A stretch of DNA of 60,414 bases from Bacteroidia bacterium (GTDB lineage Bacteria > Bacteroidota > Bacteroidia > M30B66): NCBI GenBank assembly GCA_040882555.1, contig JBBEBC010000149.1, positions 1-60,414 of the forward strand, read 5' to 3'. A program made the position numbers and the translations under genes. How positions within the stretch are numbered: the first letter of the stretch is position 1; the number at the start of each line of letters is the position of its first letter. The notes under the pieces are model-generated. The model was not told where the DNA came from. It did not search any database and saw only the letters and a list, made by a program, of their open reading frames with translations. Positions 17,225-27,101 of the stretch are shown piece by piece.

Positions 17225-17818
17225 ATGAATAAAACAGTGTTAAAAGCTTTCCACCAAAAGATATTAATTGAAGCAGGAGTTGATGAAGCTGGAAGAGGCT
17301 GCTTGGCAGGTCCAGTCGTTGCAGCTGCAGTAATCCTTCCTAAGAAATTCAAAAATGGTATCCTAAACGATTCAAAGAAATTAAGCGAGAAGCATAGATT
17401 AGAATTACGACAACTTATTGATCGTGAAGCGCTAGCTATAGGAATTGGAATTTCTTCGGTAAGCGAAATAGATGAAATCAATATCCTTCAAGCGAGCTTT
17501 CTAGCTATGCATAGAGCCATCAGTTCATTACAAATAAGACCCGAACTGCTCTTGATTGACGGAAATAGATTTTTAAAATTTGAGAATGTTCATCATGAAA
17601 CAATTATTGGGGGCGACGGGATTTATCTTTCTATTGCCGCAGCTTCAGTGATTGCCAAGACCGAAAGAGATGCAATAATGAGTAAATATGCATCAGAGTT
17701 TCCACATTACATGTGGGATAAGAATAAAGGTTATGGTACAATAGCTCATCGAGATGCCATTAGAGAATATGGCCCATGCGACTTACATCGGAAATCGTTT
17801 AAACTTCTTCCTGATTAG
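17225..17818 (+). CDS. rnhB: Ribonuclease HII
   Basis: Contains the GVDEAGRGCLAGPVVAAAV active-site motif. 197 aa. Confidence 0.93.
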   Translation: MNKTVLKAFHQKILIEAGVDEAGRGCLAGPVVAAAVILPKKFKNGILNDSKKLSEKHRLELRQLIDREALAIGIGISSVSEIDEINILQASFLAMHRAISSLQIRPELLLIDGNRFLKFENVHHETIIGGDGIYLSIAAASVIAKTERDAIMSKYASEFPHYMWDKNKGYGTIAHRDAIREYGPCDLHRKSFKLLPD

Positions 17819-17887
17819 TTAAAACTCATTTATTTGGCTGGAAAACCCTTGGATTTTTCAAGTATATTTGAACAATCTAAGACGATT

Positions 17888-19525
17888 TTGAAAATATTAG
17901 TAAGATTCTTTAGCCTAACAGTATTATTCTTTTTTCAAAGTTGCTTGCGCGATGATTTCAGCAAGCTAAGTGATTCTGAATGGAGTCCAGATTTAGCTTT
18001 CCCCTTAGTAAACTCGACCTTAACAGTAAATGACATTCTAATTCAAGATCAATCGCCTACTACCATTGACGCTGATCTTAGCGGCCTGGTTCGGATAATT
18101 TATGATAGCGATAATTACAGTGATAGAGCCGCGAATTTAATTTCAATTCCACAGACAAATCAAAATCAGGATATTAGTTTATCGTCTCAAACACTTATGA
18201 ATTTTGAGAACAATCAAAATTTAGGATACACGATTACTGATTCCACTTCATATACTGTTAACTTTCCACTTAATTCACAATTTGGTGGTGCATCAATACT
18301 TGACACCGTATTTTTTAAAACAGGGCAATTAGATTACCTAATTAACTCATTCATTCCTCACAATACTTCCATTAGAATAGATATTCCTCAACTATTCATT
18401 TTAAATGAGCCGTTTACACAAACGTTTACATATGCATCAACAGGAAATAATTCTGAAGCCCTCACTGTGAGCAGAAATTTAAGCAATGCTTTTCTTGTAT
18501 TAAACGGAATTGATAACATCCTTGTAAAAGTGAAAATAACTACTGAGAGGACAGGGCCAGCAGCTATACCATCAAGCAATCAACTTAGTACCAACCTCTC
18601 TTTAAATAATACTGAATTCAGGAAAATAAGTGGCTTTTTTGGCAACTTCCAAATGCCATTAATAACGAATGACACATTACAAATCAGGATTTTCGGTAAT
18701 ACAATCAATGCGCAGAATCTTTTGTTTGAAAATGCTGAAACTACTGTTAGTGTTCAAAACTCAACAGGCATTCCAATAAATTATAATCTTGATTGGATTA
18801 AAGGATTCAGAATGAATTCGAACATTCCAGACATTGATATTTCAGCATATTCCTTTCCTCAAAATATTAGTGGTCAAAACACTTCATCTGCTACGCAAGT
18901 TGATTATCAATTTAATGCATCAAATAGTAATGTTTCAGATGTAATTAATCTACTTCCCAGATATATGTTGAGGCAAGAAAATTATTCCTTCAATTCAACT
19001 GCATCAGACTATTCATTTTTATCTGATACCTCTAGATTAAGGTTTTACCAAAAATTGATTTTACCTTTAAACGGGCTTACTCTTGATTTACTAATCAGAG
19101 ATACTATAGAGTTTAATTTTGATGCTGTAAACAGCGATATCGAAGAAATTTTACTTCGCTTAAATATTGACAATGGTTTCCCTTTGAGCGGATTATTACA
19201 GATTTATTTTGCAAGGCAAAATGAAAATGTCCCTTTCAGTAATCCTGTTATTGTTGACTCATTATACCCTGCAGGAAATTTAGTTGTGATGGAATCGCCT
19301 GAAATAAATTCAAATGGCGAAGCAGCAAACTCAGTACGTCAAATTACAGATGCTGTAATGCCCGGTTCTAAATGGCAATTTCTTAAGAATAACAATTGCA
19401 ATAGAATCATTGTGAATACAAGATTAACAACAAGTGATTTAGCAACACTGGATATTAGGGTGCTAAAAGATAATATCTTGACAATTCGAATTGGTGCCAG
19501 AATTAAACTTAGGACTAGCTTTTAA
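17888..19525 (+). CDS. N/S/T-rich lipoprotein of unknown function
   Basis: The frame contains no ATG upstream of the lipobox. A TTG at 17888 gives MKILVRFFSLTVLFFFQSC, a textbook lipoprotein signal peptide. The track's start at 17834 is also TTG. The stop overlaps the next gene's ATG (TAATG). Confidence 0.6.
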   Translation: MKILVRFFSLTVLFFFQSCLRDDFSKLSDSEWSPDLAFPLVNSTLTVNDILIQDQSPTTIDADLSGLVRIIYDSDNYSDRAANLISIPQTNQNQDISLSSQTLMNFENNQNLGYTITDSTSYTVNFPLNSQFGGASILDTVFFKTGQLDYLINSFIPHNTSIRIDIPQLFILNEPFTQTFTYASTGNNSEALTVSRNLSNAFLVLNGIDNILVKVKITTERTGPAAIPSSNQLSTNLSLNNTEFRKISGFFGNFQMPLITNDTLQIRIFGNTINAQNLLFENAETTVSVQNSTGIPINYNLDWIKGFRMNSNIPDIDISAYSFPQNISGQNTSSATQVDYQFNASNSNVSDVINLLPRYMLRQENYSFNSTASDYSFLSDTSRLRFYQKLILPLNGLTLDLLIRDTIEFNFDAVNSDIEEILLRLNIDNGFPLSGLLQIYFARQNENVPFSNPVIVDSLYPAGNLVVMESPEINSNGEAANSVRQITDAVMPGSKWQFLKNNNCNRIIVNTRLTTSDLATLDIRVLKDNILTIRIGARIKLRTSF

Positions 19526-21906
19526 TGATTAAACGGCATATTCAAGTTTTGCTGGCTATCCTGATGTTATGTCAGTTTGAGTTAAAGTCTCAATCAGATT
19601 TTCTATTACATTCTCAGTCCTTATCTCCTCACCAATTAGTTGTAAACCCGTCTATAATGCCACAAGCCGACTTTTACATCGGCTTACCTGTAATTGCGAA
19701 TTCATTTACTGGCTTTTCAAATAACTCATTTACTTACAGGGATTTAGTACAACAAAAAATTGGAACTGATTCAATATTTTTAAACTTCAATGACTATTTA
19801 GCTTCACTTAAACAAGATAATTTCATTTATGCTGGTGCGACCACTGATCTTGTTAGTATTGGTTGGAGAGAAGGTCGATGGTATGTAGGGGCAAGAGTTA
19901 CTGAGGTTGCAGACTTCAGGATTCGTTTTGGAAAAGACCTCATGAATATTGCCATAAATGGAAATGCTCCTTATGCTGGTATTACTCAGAACTTGGGAAA
20001 ACTATTTGTTCAATCAAGCCATTATAGGAAATATGCTATTAACCTATCAAGAGATTTCAACTGCAAATTCAGGGCTGGAGTTAATCTAGGGTATTTGTAT
20101 GGTATGGAAAACCTTGATGTTCAAAGAAGTAACATAACACTCCTCACCGACCCTGTTACATTTGACTTAAGCGGACAGTCTGATATTCTAATAAACACCT
20201 CAGGAATTGATGAGTTTAGCACTGATTCAGTAAGATCTTGGTCATACCTATTTCAACGTCCAAATCGAGGGTATTCAATAGACTTAGGGGCAACTTATTT
20301 CTTAAATGATAGGATTCAATTTTCAGGAAGCATTCTCGATATTGGAAGAATAAGATGGAATTTTAGACCTGTAAACTATCAAAACCGAGTAAATGAGTTT
20401 TCATTTTCAGGTATTTCATTAAATCAGTTTCTAAGCAATTCTGTTGATAGTATTCAATCAGGCGTTGAGAAATATCTTGATTCTCTAGGTAACATATTCA
20501 ACATTAATGAAAGTAGTAATAGTTATACAACGAGACTGCCGTCAAGAATATACCTTAGCGGAAGCTATGAGCTTTCTGGAAATAATACTTTCCGCTTAAC
20601 TTATCTTGGAAATACATTCAGAGGTAGTGTTTACTCTTCTGCGGCTTTAGCCTATACAAAGAACTTCAACGACATTCTTGAATTTACTGTTCAATGGGCT
20701 TTGCATAACAATACTGTTTCTAACTTAGGTGCAGGGTTCACGTTGAATTTAGGTCTAACTCAATTTAGTATACTTGCTGATAATGTACCTGCATTGTTTG
20801 GTTCATATAAATCCAGAGGAACAACAGTACGAGCAGGAATAACGCTAGTTACAAGCTACGATGAGGGAAGACCTGATTTTTGCGACAAAGACAAAGACGG
20901 TGTTCCAAATAACAGAGACGAATGTCCTTCTGACCCTGGTCCGATAGCTTTGATGGGTTGCCCCGACACTGATTCGGATGGAATTGCTGATAAGTTCGAT
21001 GAATGCCCTTTAGAGTTTGGCCTAGTTGGTTTGAGAGGTTGTCCTGATAAAGATGGAGATGGAATTAAGGATAAAGATGATCTGTGTCCTGAGCTTAAAG
21101 GAAGTATTGAGAATTCGGGTTGCCCAGATTCTGATAACGATGGAATAATAGATAAGAATGATGATTGCCCTGATATTGCTGGATTAAAGTGGCTAAAAGG
21201 TTGTCCTGATCGCGATGGTGACTCTATTCCAGATAAGGAAGATTTATGTCCTGACTTGTTCGGTCTAGAAATATATTCGGGTTGCCCTGATACAGACGAA
21301 GATGGAATTCCTGACAATTCTGATGAATGTCCACAAACTGCTGGCCTAAAAGAATTCAAAGGTTGCCCCGATACTGATGGAGATGGCCTTTCTGACCAAA
21401 ACGACCGTTGTCCTGAACTGTTCGGCGAAAAAAGCAATATGGGCTGTCCTTCTGAAGACCGTGATGGGGATGGAATTCCGGACAAAACAGACAAATGCCC
21501 TGAGACTCCCGGAACAAAAGAAAATCAAGGATGTCCGGAGATTTCCGAGAGTGAACAGGATGTCCTAAAAACAGCCTTCGAAAACTTGGAATTTGAAACA
21601 GGCAAAGCCGTGATTACTGCCTCGTCTTATGAAGCGCTAGACGAATTAATTAATCTGCTTAAAAGGAAAGACGATTGGGGATTAAAGATTTCAGGTCATA
21701 CTGATAACACGGGAAATGCTTCCAAAAACATGCAACTTAGCCGTAATAGAGCCAAAGCTGTAGCGCTATATATTGTTTCAGGAGGAGTTACAGCAGGCCG
21801 TTTGGAAGTAGAGTGGTTTGGGCAAAACAAACCTGTTGCTGATAATACTTCATCTGTTGGAAGAAAGAAGAATCGAAGGGTTGAGATGAAAGTTATTTTC
21901 AATTGA
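19525..21906 (+). CDS. OmpA-family outer-membrane protein: N-terminal beta-barrel-like domain, eight thrombospondin type-3 Ca-binding repeats, and a C-terminal OmpA domain
   Basis: Signal peptide, eight CPDxDxDGIxDxxDxCP units, and a C-terminal GHTDNTG...NRAKAV...NRRVEM domain. Confidence 0.85.
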   Translation: MIKRHIQVLLAILMLCQFELKSQSDFLLHSQSLSPHQLVVNPSIMPQADFYIGLPVIANSFTGFSNNSFTYRDLVQQKIGTDSIFLNFNDYLASLKQDNFIYAGATTDLVSIGWREGRWYVGARVTEVADFRIRFGKDLMNIAINGNAPYAGITQNLGKLFVQSSHYRKYAINLSRDFNCKFRAGVNLGYLYGMENLDVQRSNITLLTDPVTFDLSGQSDILINTSGIDEFSTDSVRSWSYLFQRPNRGYSIDLGATYFLNDRIQFSGSILDIGRIRWNFRPVNYQNRVNEFSFSGISLNQFLSNSVDSIQSGVEKYLDSLGNIFNINESSNSYTTRLPSRIYLSGSYELSGNNTFRLTYLGNTFRGSVYSSAALAYTKNFNDILEFTVQWALHNNTVSNLGAGFTLNLGLTQFSILADNVPALFGSYKSRGTTVRAGITLVTSYDEGRPDFCDKDKDGVPNNRDECPSDPGPIALMGCPDTDSDGIADKFDECPLEFGLVGLRGCPDKDGDGIKDKDDLCPELKGSIENSGCPDSDNDGIIDKNDDCPDIAGLKWLKGCPDRDGDSIPDKEDLCPDLFGLEIYSGCPDTDEDGIPDNSDECPQTAGLKEFKGCPDTDGDGLSDQNDRCPELFGEKSNMGCPSEDRDGDGIPDKTDKCPETPGTKENQGCPEISESEQDVLKTAFENLEFETGKAVITASSYEALDELINLLKRKDDWGLKISGHTDNTGNASKNMQLSRNRAKAVALYIVSGGVTAGRLEVEWFGQNKPVADNTSSVGRKKNRRVEMKVIFN
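20881..21537 (+). repeat. Eight tandem in-frame TSP3-like repeats (~23-24 codons each) inside the OmpA-family gene
   Basis: The unit GCPDxDxDGIxDxxDxCPxxxG recurs. Its reverse complement creates the spurious SGQP-rich ORF at 20856-21494. Confidence 0.85.
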
Positions 21907-21922
21907 TACCAAAAACGGATAT

Positions 21923-22132
21923 TCAATAGTTTTCATAAAAACTTTCGTCGAAAGTCTTTGCTTCTGAAGGATACTGCCCATCCTTTAAAACCCTAATCAC
22001 TAAAAAAATAACTACTATTGGAGAAAACCCAAAAAGTAAGGCGACCCAATTGACCTGATGATTTAATGCCAGGACTAAATAGATCAGTAGATATGCAGTA
22101 CTGAGAATAATTGGAAGAGCTACTTGTTTCAT
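21923..22132 (-). CDS. Small two-TM membrane protein (69 aa)
   Basis: Two clear hydrophobic helices, and it fills a gap between genes. I recognise no family. Confidence 0.45.
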   Translation of the reverse strand: MKQVALPIILSTAYLLIYLVLALNHQVNWVALLFGFSPIVVIFLVIRVLKDGQYPSEAKTFDESFYENY

Positions 22133-22181
22133 TACATTCTAAAAACATAGAACACTTAAAAAAGTCGCTTGTTCAAATCAC

Positions 22182-22211
22182 AAAAAAAGCCCCTACATTT
22201 CTGTAGAGGCT
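22182..22211 (-). terminator. Intrinsic terminator after rpsT
   Basis: Hairpin AGCCTCTACA-GAAA-TGTAGGGGCT with one mismatch. On the minus strand it is followed by TTTTTTTG. Confidence 0.6.
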
Positions 22212-22232
22212 AAAATTCATTGAAATGCCTTA

Positions 22233-22487
22233 TTAGCTTAGTGCGTTAACAAACTTTGTAAGTTTCCCAACAACATTACCAGCTTTATTTTTATGAATGA
22301 TGTTACGCTTTGCTAATTTATCTAGCATTGAAGTAACTTCAATTAATTGTTTAGAAGCTTCTTTCTTATCAGACGTAGCGCGTAATAATTTTACAGCGTT
22401 ACGAGTGGTTTTGTGAAAGTAACGATTGCGTAGACGTTTTGCGTCATTTGCGCGAATACGTTTAATAGAGGAAGCATGATTTGCCAT
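22233..22487 (-). CDS. rpsT: 30S ribosomal protein S20
   Basis: MANHASSIKRIRANDAKRLRNR... is typical of bS20. 84 aa. Confidence 0.93.
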   Translation of the reverse strand: MANHASSIKRIRANDAKRLRNRYFHKTTRNAVKLLRATSDKKEASKQLIEVTSMLDKLAKRNIIHKNKAGNVVGKLTKFVNALS

Positions 22488-22505
22488 GTTATTTTCTTTT
22501 AAATG

Positions 22506-22577
<72 letters not shown>

Positions 22578-22772
22578 ATTTTTTAATTTGGGATTGCAAA
22601 TGTAGGGGAAAAATCAACTCTTACAATATCTGCCTATTATTTGATGCAATAAAACATGATTAATTACTGAATATCAGCTATTTAAATTTGTTAAAATCCA
22701 GGAAAGACGCTTAATAATTCGAGGCCTGTTGGTTATTGGCGCTCAAAATTATGGTAAATTGCGCCCGAAATC

Positions 22773-24122
22773 ATGAAAATCAATCGTCGAGTAGCCTTTT
22801 ATACCCTTGGATGCAAGCTGAATTTCTCAGAAACTTCGACCATTGCGAGAAGTTTTTCAGAAGCTAAGTATGAACGGGTAGAATTTGAAGATCACCCTGA
22901 TGTATTTGTAATAAACACTTGCTCTGTAACTGAAAATGCTGATAAGAAATGTAGGAGCCTCGTTAATCGAGCTATGCGCATTTCTCCTCATGCTTATGTT
23001 GTTATTATTGGATGTTATGCCCAGCTTAAACCTGGAGAGATTTCAGAAATTCCAGGGGTAGATCTTGTTCTGGGTGCTAATGAAAAATTTAATGTGGTTC
23101 AGTTTATTGAGGACAAGACAAAGTCGCTAAAAGCTGAAATTCATGCTTGCGAAATTGAAGATGTGAAGCATTTTATTCCATCCTATAGCTCTGGAGATAG
23201 GACGAGAGTCTTTTTTAAGATTCAAGATGGATGTGATTACTCTTGCTCATTCTGCACAATTCCTTTAGCTCGCGGTGGAAGTCGAAGTGCCACGATTGAA
23301 GAAACTCTTAATGAGGCAAAAGCTCTCATTAGTGGAGAGGATATTAGAGAAATCGTTTTAACGGGAGTTAATACCGGAGATTTTGGAAGATACAATGGTG
23401 AGTCATTTGAAGAATTAATTAAAAGGCTTGATGCTGAAATTCTGGTCGATAGAATCAGAATTTCGTCAATCGAGCCAAATCTTCTGACGGACGAGATAAT
23501 AAAGTATGTTTCAGAATCGAAAAGGTTTGTACCCCATTTTCATATTCCTCTGCAATCAGGCAGTGATCTCACTTTAAGACGAATGCGCAGAAGGTATCAG
23601 CGCGAACTCTATAAAAGCAGGATAAAAACAATCAAAACACTGATGCCTGATTGCTGCATTGGAGTTGATGTTATTGTTGGATTTCCTGGTGAAACAGACG
23701 AAGAATTCCTTGATTCGTTCAATTTCATAAATGACTTGGACGTTTCTTATTTACATGTATTCACTTATTCTGAAAGAGCAAATACGCATGCCATTGAATT
23801 GAGCGAAGTTGTTCCTTCGGCATTAAGAGCCAAAAGAAGCAAACAACTTCACTCCCTTTCTGAGAAAAAAAAGAGAGCGTTTTATCAGTCTCAGATTGGA
23901 AAAACAGCAAAAGTACTTTGGGAGGCTGAACAAAATGGTGAATTTATGTATGGATTTACTGATAACTATGTAAAGATAAAGCGGGCTTATCAAGCAGATA
24001 AGGTGAATATGGTGTGTGAGGTTGCTATCACAGCAATTGATTCTGATGGGATTTGTTCTTGTTCAGATGTTACAATTAATGAACCTATAATTTCCAATCA
24101 AGATTTATGTATCCAACAATAA
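22773..24122 (+). CDS. mtaB: tRNA methylthiotransferase, MtaB-like (radical SAM, MiaB/RimO family)
   Basis: N-terminal FYTLGCKLNFSE, radical SAM motif CDYSCSFC, and a TRAM-like C-terminus. Confidence 0.85.
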   Translation: MKINRRVAFYTLGCKLNFSETSTIARSFSEAKYERVEFEDHPDVFVINTCSVTENADKKCRSLVNRAMRISPHAYVVIIGCYAQLKPGEISEIPGVDLVLGANEKFNVVQFIEDKTKSLKAEIHACEIEDVKHFIPSYSSGDRTRVFFKIQDGCDYSCSFCTIPLARGGSRSATIEETLNEAKALISGEDIREIVLTGVNTGDFGRYNGESFEELIKRLDAEILVDRIRISSIEPNLLTDEIIKYVSESKRFVPHFHIPLQSGSDLTLRRMRRRYQRELYKSRIKTIKTLMPDCCIGVDVIVGFPGETDEEFLDSFNFINDLDVSYLHVFTYSERANTHAIELSEVVPSALRAKRSKQLHSLSEKKKRAFYQSQIGKTAKVLWEAEQNGEFMYGFTDNYVKIKRAYQADKVNMVCEVAITAIDSDGICSCSDVTINEPIISNQDLCIQQ

Positions 24123-25273
24123 GCGAATTCCTTAAATCATATGGGATTAACATTGCTTTACCAATACAGACTTTCGGTTTTTTTGTGGCGATTGCATTTA
24201 TAGTCGCTGCCTGGCTAATTGGAAAAGAACTCAAAAGAAAGCAAAAGGAAGGAATCCTTAAACCCACCATCAAGGAAGTTGAAGTTGGAAAAGCTGCCTC
24301 TTTAAGTGATTATATTCAAAACGGAATCATTGGTTTTATCGTTGGTTTTAAAATCATTTTTATGATTTTAAACTATTCAGAATTTGTTGATGATCCACAA
24401 TCTGCTTTGCTTTCTTTTAAAGGGAATTTTCTTGGAGGATTATTCATAGCCGCATTATTCATTTATTTGAGATATAGGGAAAGCGAAAAACAGAAAAAAG
24501 AAAAAGCAGGCATTAGAAAAGTGACTTTGAATGCAGACGACCATGTCGGAAATATTATCCTCATGGGAGTTGTTGGCGGACTAGTTGGAGCAAAGATTTT
24601 TCATAATCTGGAAAACCCTTCAGAATTCATGGCTGATCCTATTGGTGCTTTGCTTTCATTTTCTGGATTAACTTTTTATGGCGGACTAATCGTAGCGGCC
24701 TTTCTTATTATAAGATACGGAAAGAAAAATGGGCTTCCAGCTATTCATCTTACAGATGCAACAGCTCCTTCCTTGATGCTTTCATACGGAATAGGCAGAA
24801 TAGGCTGCCAAATGTCGGGCGATGGAGATTGGGGCATCGTTAATGCAAAGCCAAAACCCGATTGGATGAGCTTTTTGCCCGATTGGATGTGGTCATTTAA
24901 ATTTCCTCACAATGTGAATAATGAAGGAATCCCTATTCCTGGATGTGTAGGAAAATGGTGTCACGAATTGCCTCAAGCAGTTTATCCAACTTCTTTCTAT
25001 GAAACAGTTATGTCTGTTATTCTTTTTGCCATTCTGTGGTCGATTAGAAAGAAAATCAAAACGCCAGGCTTACTATTCAGCATTTACCTTGTAATGAACG
25101 GAATAGAAAGATTCCTCATTGAATCTATTCGGGTAAATACAAAGTATCATATTTTTGGAGGAGAGGTTACACAAGCCCAACTTATCTCCTCTGCTTTAGT
25201 AATTGCAGGAATCGTTGGTATCTGGTATACAAGGAATGAAGCCTCAAAAAACACTATCAAAAATGCAGCTTGA
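24107..25273 (+). CDS. lgt: Prolipoprotein diacylglyceryl transferase (long form)
   Basis: Polytopic membrane protein with GRIGCQMSGDGDWG, similar to the Lgt signature. 388 aa. Confidence 0.8.
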   Translation: MYPTISEFLKSYGINIALPIQTFGFFVAIAFIVAAWLIGKELKRKQKEGILKPTIKEVEVGKAASLSDYIQNGIIGFIVGFKIIFMILNYSEFVDDPQSALLSFKGNFLGGLFIAALFIYLRYRESEKQKKEKAGIRKVTLNADDHVGNIILMGVVGGLVGAKIFHNLENPSEFMADPIGALLSFSGLTFYGGLIVAAFLIIRYGKKNGLPAIHLTDATAPSLMLSYGIGRIGCQMSGDGDWGIVNAKPKPDWMSFLPDWMWSFKFPHNVNNEGIPIPGCVGKWCHELPQAVYPTSFYETVMSVILFAILWSIRKKIKTPGLLFSIYLVMNGIERFLIESIRVNTKYHIFGGEVTQAQLISSALVIAGIVGIWYTRNEASKNTIKNAA

Positions 25274-26075
25274 TCTTAATTCTATCCAACAAGAAGTAAT
25301 TAGAATAAGCAGAGAAGTTGGAAAATTTATAAAGCACGAACAAAATCGAATCAGCTCTCAAAACGTTGAGGAAAAAGGCCGAAATGATTTTGTTACTTAT
25401 GTTGATAAAGCAGCTGAAACACTACTAGTGAGTGAGTTAAGCGCTCTCATACCTGACTGTGGCTTTATTACTGAAGAGAACACTGTATCACAAGAAGAAA
25501 AAGAATTTATCTGGATTATTGACCCTATTGATGGGACAACCAATTTTATTCATGGCTTACCTTTATTTAGTATCAGTATTGCTTTAATGTACGAGAAAAG
25601 AATAATTCTCGGTTTGATACTTGAGGTTACAAACGATGAATGTTTTCACAGTATTGAAGGGGGCCCAGCATATCTGAATGACAAACAAATAAGTGTATCA
25701 AAAAGACCAAAACTTTCCGATTCACTTATAGTTACTGGATTTCCTTATCGTGATGAAGGCCGTTTAGAAGCTTGGATGAAGCTTTTTATTCACCTTTTAC
25801 AAAACTCTCATGGTGTAAGAAGGCTTGGATCAGCTGCAATTGATTTAGCCTATGTTGCCTGTGGCAGATTTGAAGCTTTTTATGAGTACGGTCTTAGTCC
25901 TTGGGATGTAGCAGCAGGAGGTTTTATTGTTAAACAAGCTGGAGGTGAGGTGAGTGATTTCTCTGGTGAAGAAAATTGGCTTTTCGGTAAGGAGTTAATG
26001 GCCGGAAATGGCTTAATGAATGAAGAGTTACTAAACGTTATCAAGCAAAAATTCAATGAGATAATGCTGAAATAG
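25263..26075 (+). CDS. Inositol monophosphatase family protein
   Basis: Contains the WIIDPIDGTTNF and GFITEE motifs. The start is trimmed to MQLDLNSIQQEV. Confidence 0.88.
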   Translation: MQLDLNSIQQEVIRISREVGKFIKHEQNRISSQNVEEKGRNDFVTYVDKAAETLLVSELSALIPDCGFITEENTVSQEEKEFIWIIDPIDGTTNFIHGLPLFSISIALMYEKRIILGLILEVTNDECFHSIEGGPAYLNDKQISVSKRPKLSDSLIVTGFPYRDEGRLEAWMKLFIHLLQNSHGVRRLGSAAIDLAYVACGRFEAFYEYGLSPWDVAAGGFIVKQAGGEVSDFSGEENWLFGKELMAGNGLMNEELLNVIKQKFNEIMLK

Positions 26076-26361
26076 TTTATTCATTTCATCTTATTCGTTT
26101 ATTAACAATTCGCTGCATTTGTCCGCTTCAAGAAATTGCTTTTATCCAAGAATAACGTGTCTTTCCTTAGTAGCTTAAATAATATGTTGGTCTTAAATTA
26201 CACTTCCTAGGAGGCAGTCTCAAATCCTGGAGATAAGAATCTGGAGGATGGCAACAGGAAAGCAATAATTATCTCTCTGAAAAACAGTCGCTTTCGATTT
26301 TACACTTATTTATTCAATAATAAAGCACAATACAAGAATCCACAAAACCGTTTTCCAGAGT

Positions 26362-26373
26362 TAATTGTAATTA
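26362..26373. promoter_or_regulatory. Imperfect palindrome TAATTGTAATTA, ~20 nt upstream of the TetR start (candidate operator)
   Basis: Near-dyad symmetry, plus an AATTGT(A/T)AA direct repeat at 26363 and 26382. Confidence 0.2.
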
Positions 26374-26393
26374 GTTTTGAGAATTGTTAATGT

Positions 26394-27020
26394 ATGAAAG
26401 CAACGGAGAAGAGAATGAGAATTCTGGATGCGGCAAAAGTATGCTTTACCCAGTTTGGTTACGAAAAAACAACACTTGATGACATCGGGAAGAAATTAGG
26501 CCTCAATAAATCATCATTGTACTATTACTTCAAAAATAAAGAGGAGATCTTTACGGCTGTAGTAGTTAAAGAAGCTGAAAAAATTGTGGATGACCTACAA
26601 GCTGAATTTGAAAACCAGGATTTACCAGAAGAGAAAATTCAGGTTTATATGAAGAAGAGACTTGTATACTATCGCAAAGTACTTGGCTTACATCAATTAG
26701 ATGCAGAAAGTTTGAAACAAATTCAGCCTGGTTTTCATGAATTATACTCTTCATTACTTCAGCGAGAGGTTGTTTTTATTGCTCGAGAATTGAAAAGAAT
26801 TGACGAGCAACTAAGTGCAAAAATGGCGTCAACAGTTGCTGAGTTAATCATTTCTTCGTCAGATGCTATTAAGCATGACGAAATCATGCATAACAGAAAA
26901 AGTATGGACCATGAGCCAAATTATAAAAGAATAGAACAAGACACAGAATTGCTAATTCGACTCATAATTCATGGTTTAAAGTCCCCTATAAAGAAGTATA
27001 CAAAAGAAACTGTATCCTGA
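26394..27020 (+). CDS. TetR/AcrR family transcriptional regulator
   Basis: N-terminal helix-turn-helix TTLDDIGKKLGLNKSSLYYYF. Confidence 0.9.
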   Translation: MKATEKRMRILDAAKVCFTQFGYEKTTLDDIGKKLGLNKSSLYYYFKNKEEIFTAVVVKEAEKIVDDLQAEFENQDLPEEKIQVYMKKRLVYYRKVLGLHQLDAESLKQIQPGFHELYSSLLQREVVFIARELKRIDEQLSAKMASTVAELIISSSDAIKHDEIMHNRKSMDHEPNYKRIEQDTELLIRLIIHGLKSPIKKYTKETVS

Positions 27021-27101
27021 TTTACAACCTTTGAGTAAGCAAATTTTTACATTCTCGTCTTCATTGATAACTATTTCAGCATTTAACTGTTTAATTATTG
27101 A

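Noticed and set aside
20856-21494. 212-aa minus-strand ORF rich in SGQP/SGIPS repeats, together with the small ORFs 21346-21528 and 21377-21568
   Set aside because: It is the antisense shadow of the eight TSP3 repeats in the OmpA-family gene. Its periodicity simply mirrors the GCPDxDxDG codons, and the sense frame has clear domain motifs.
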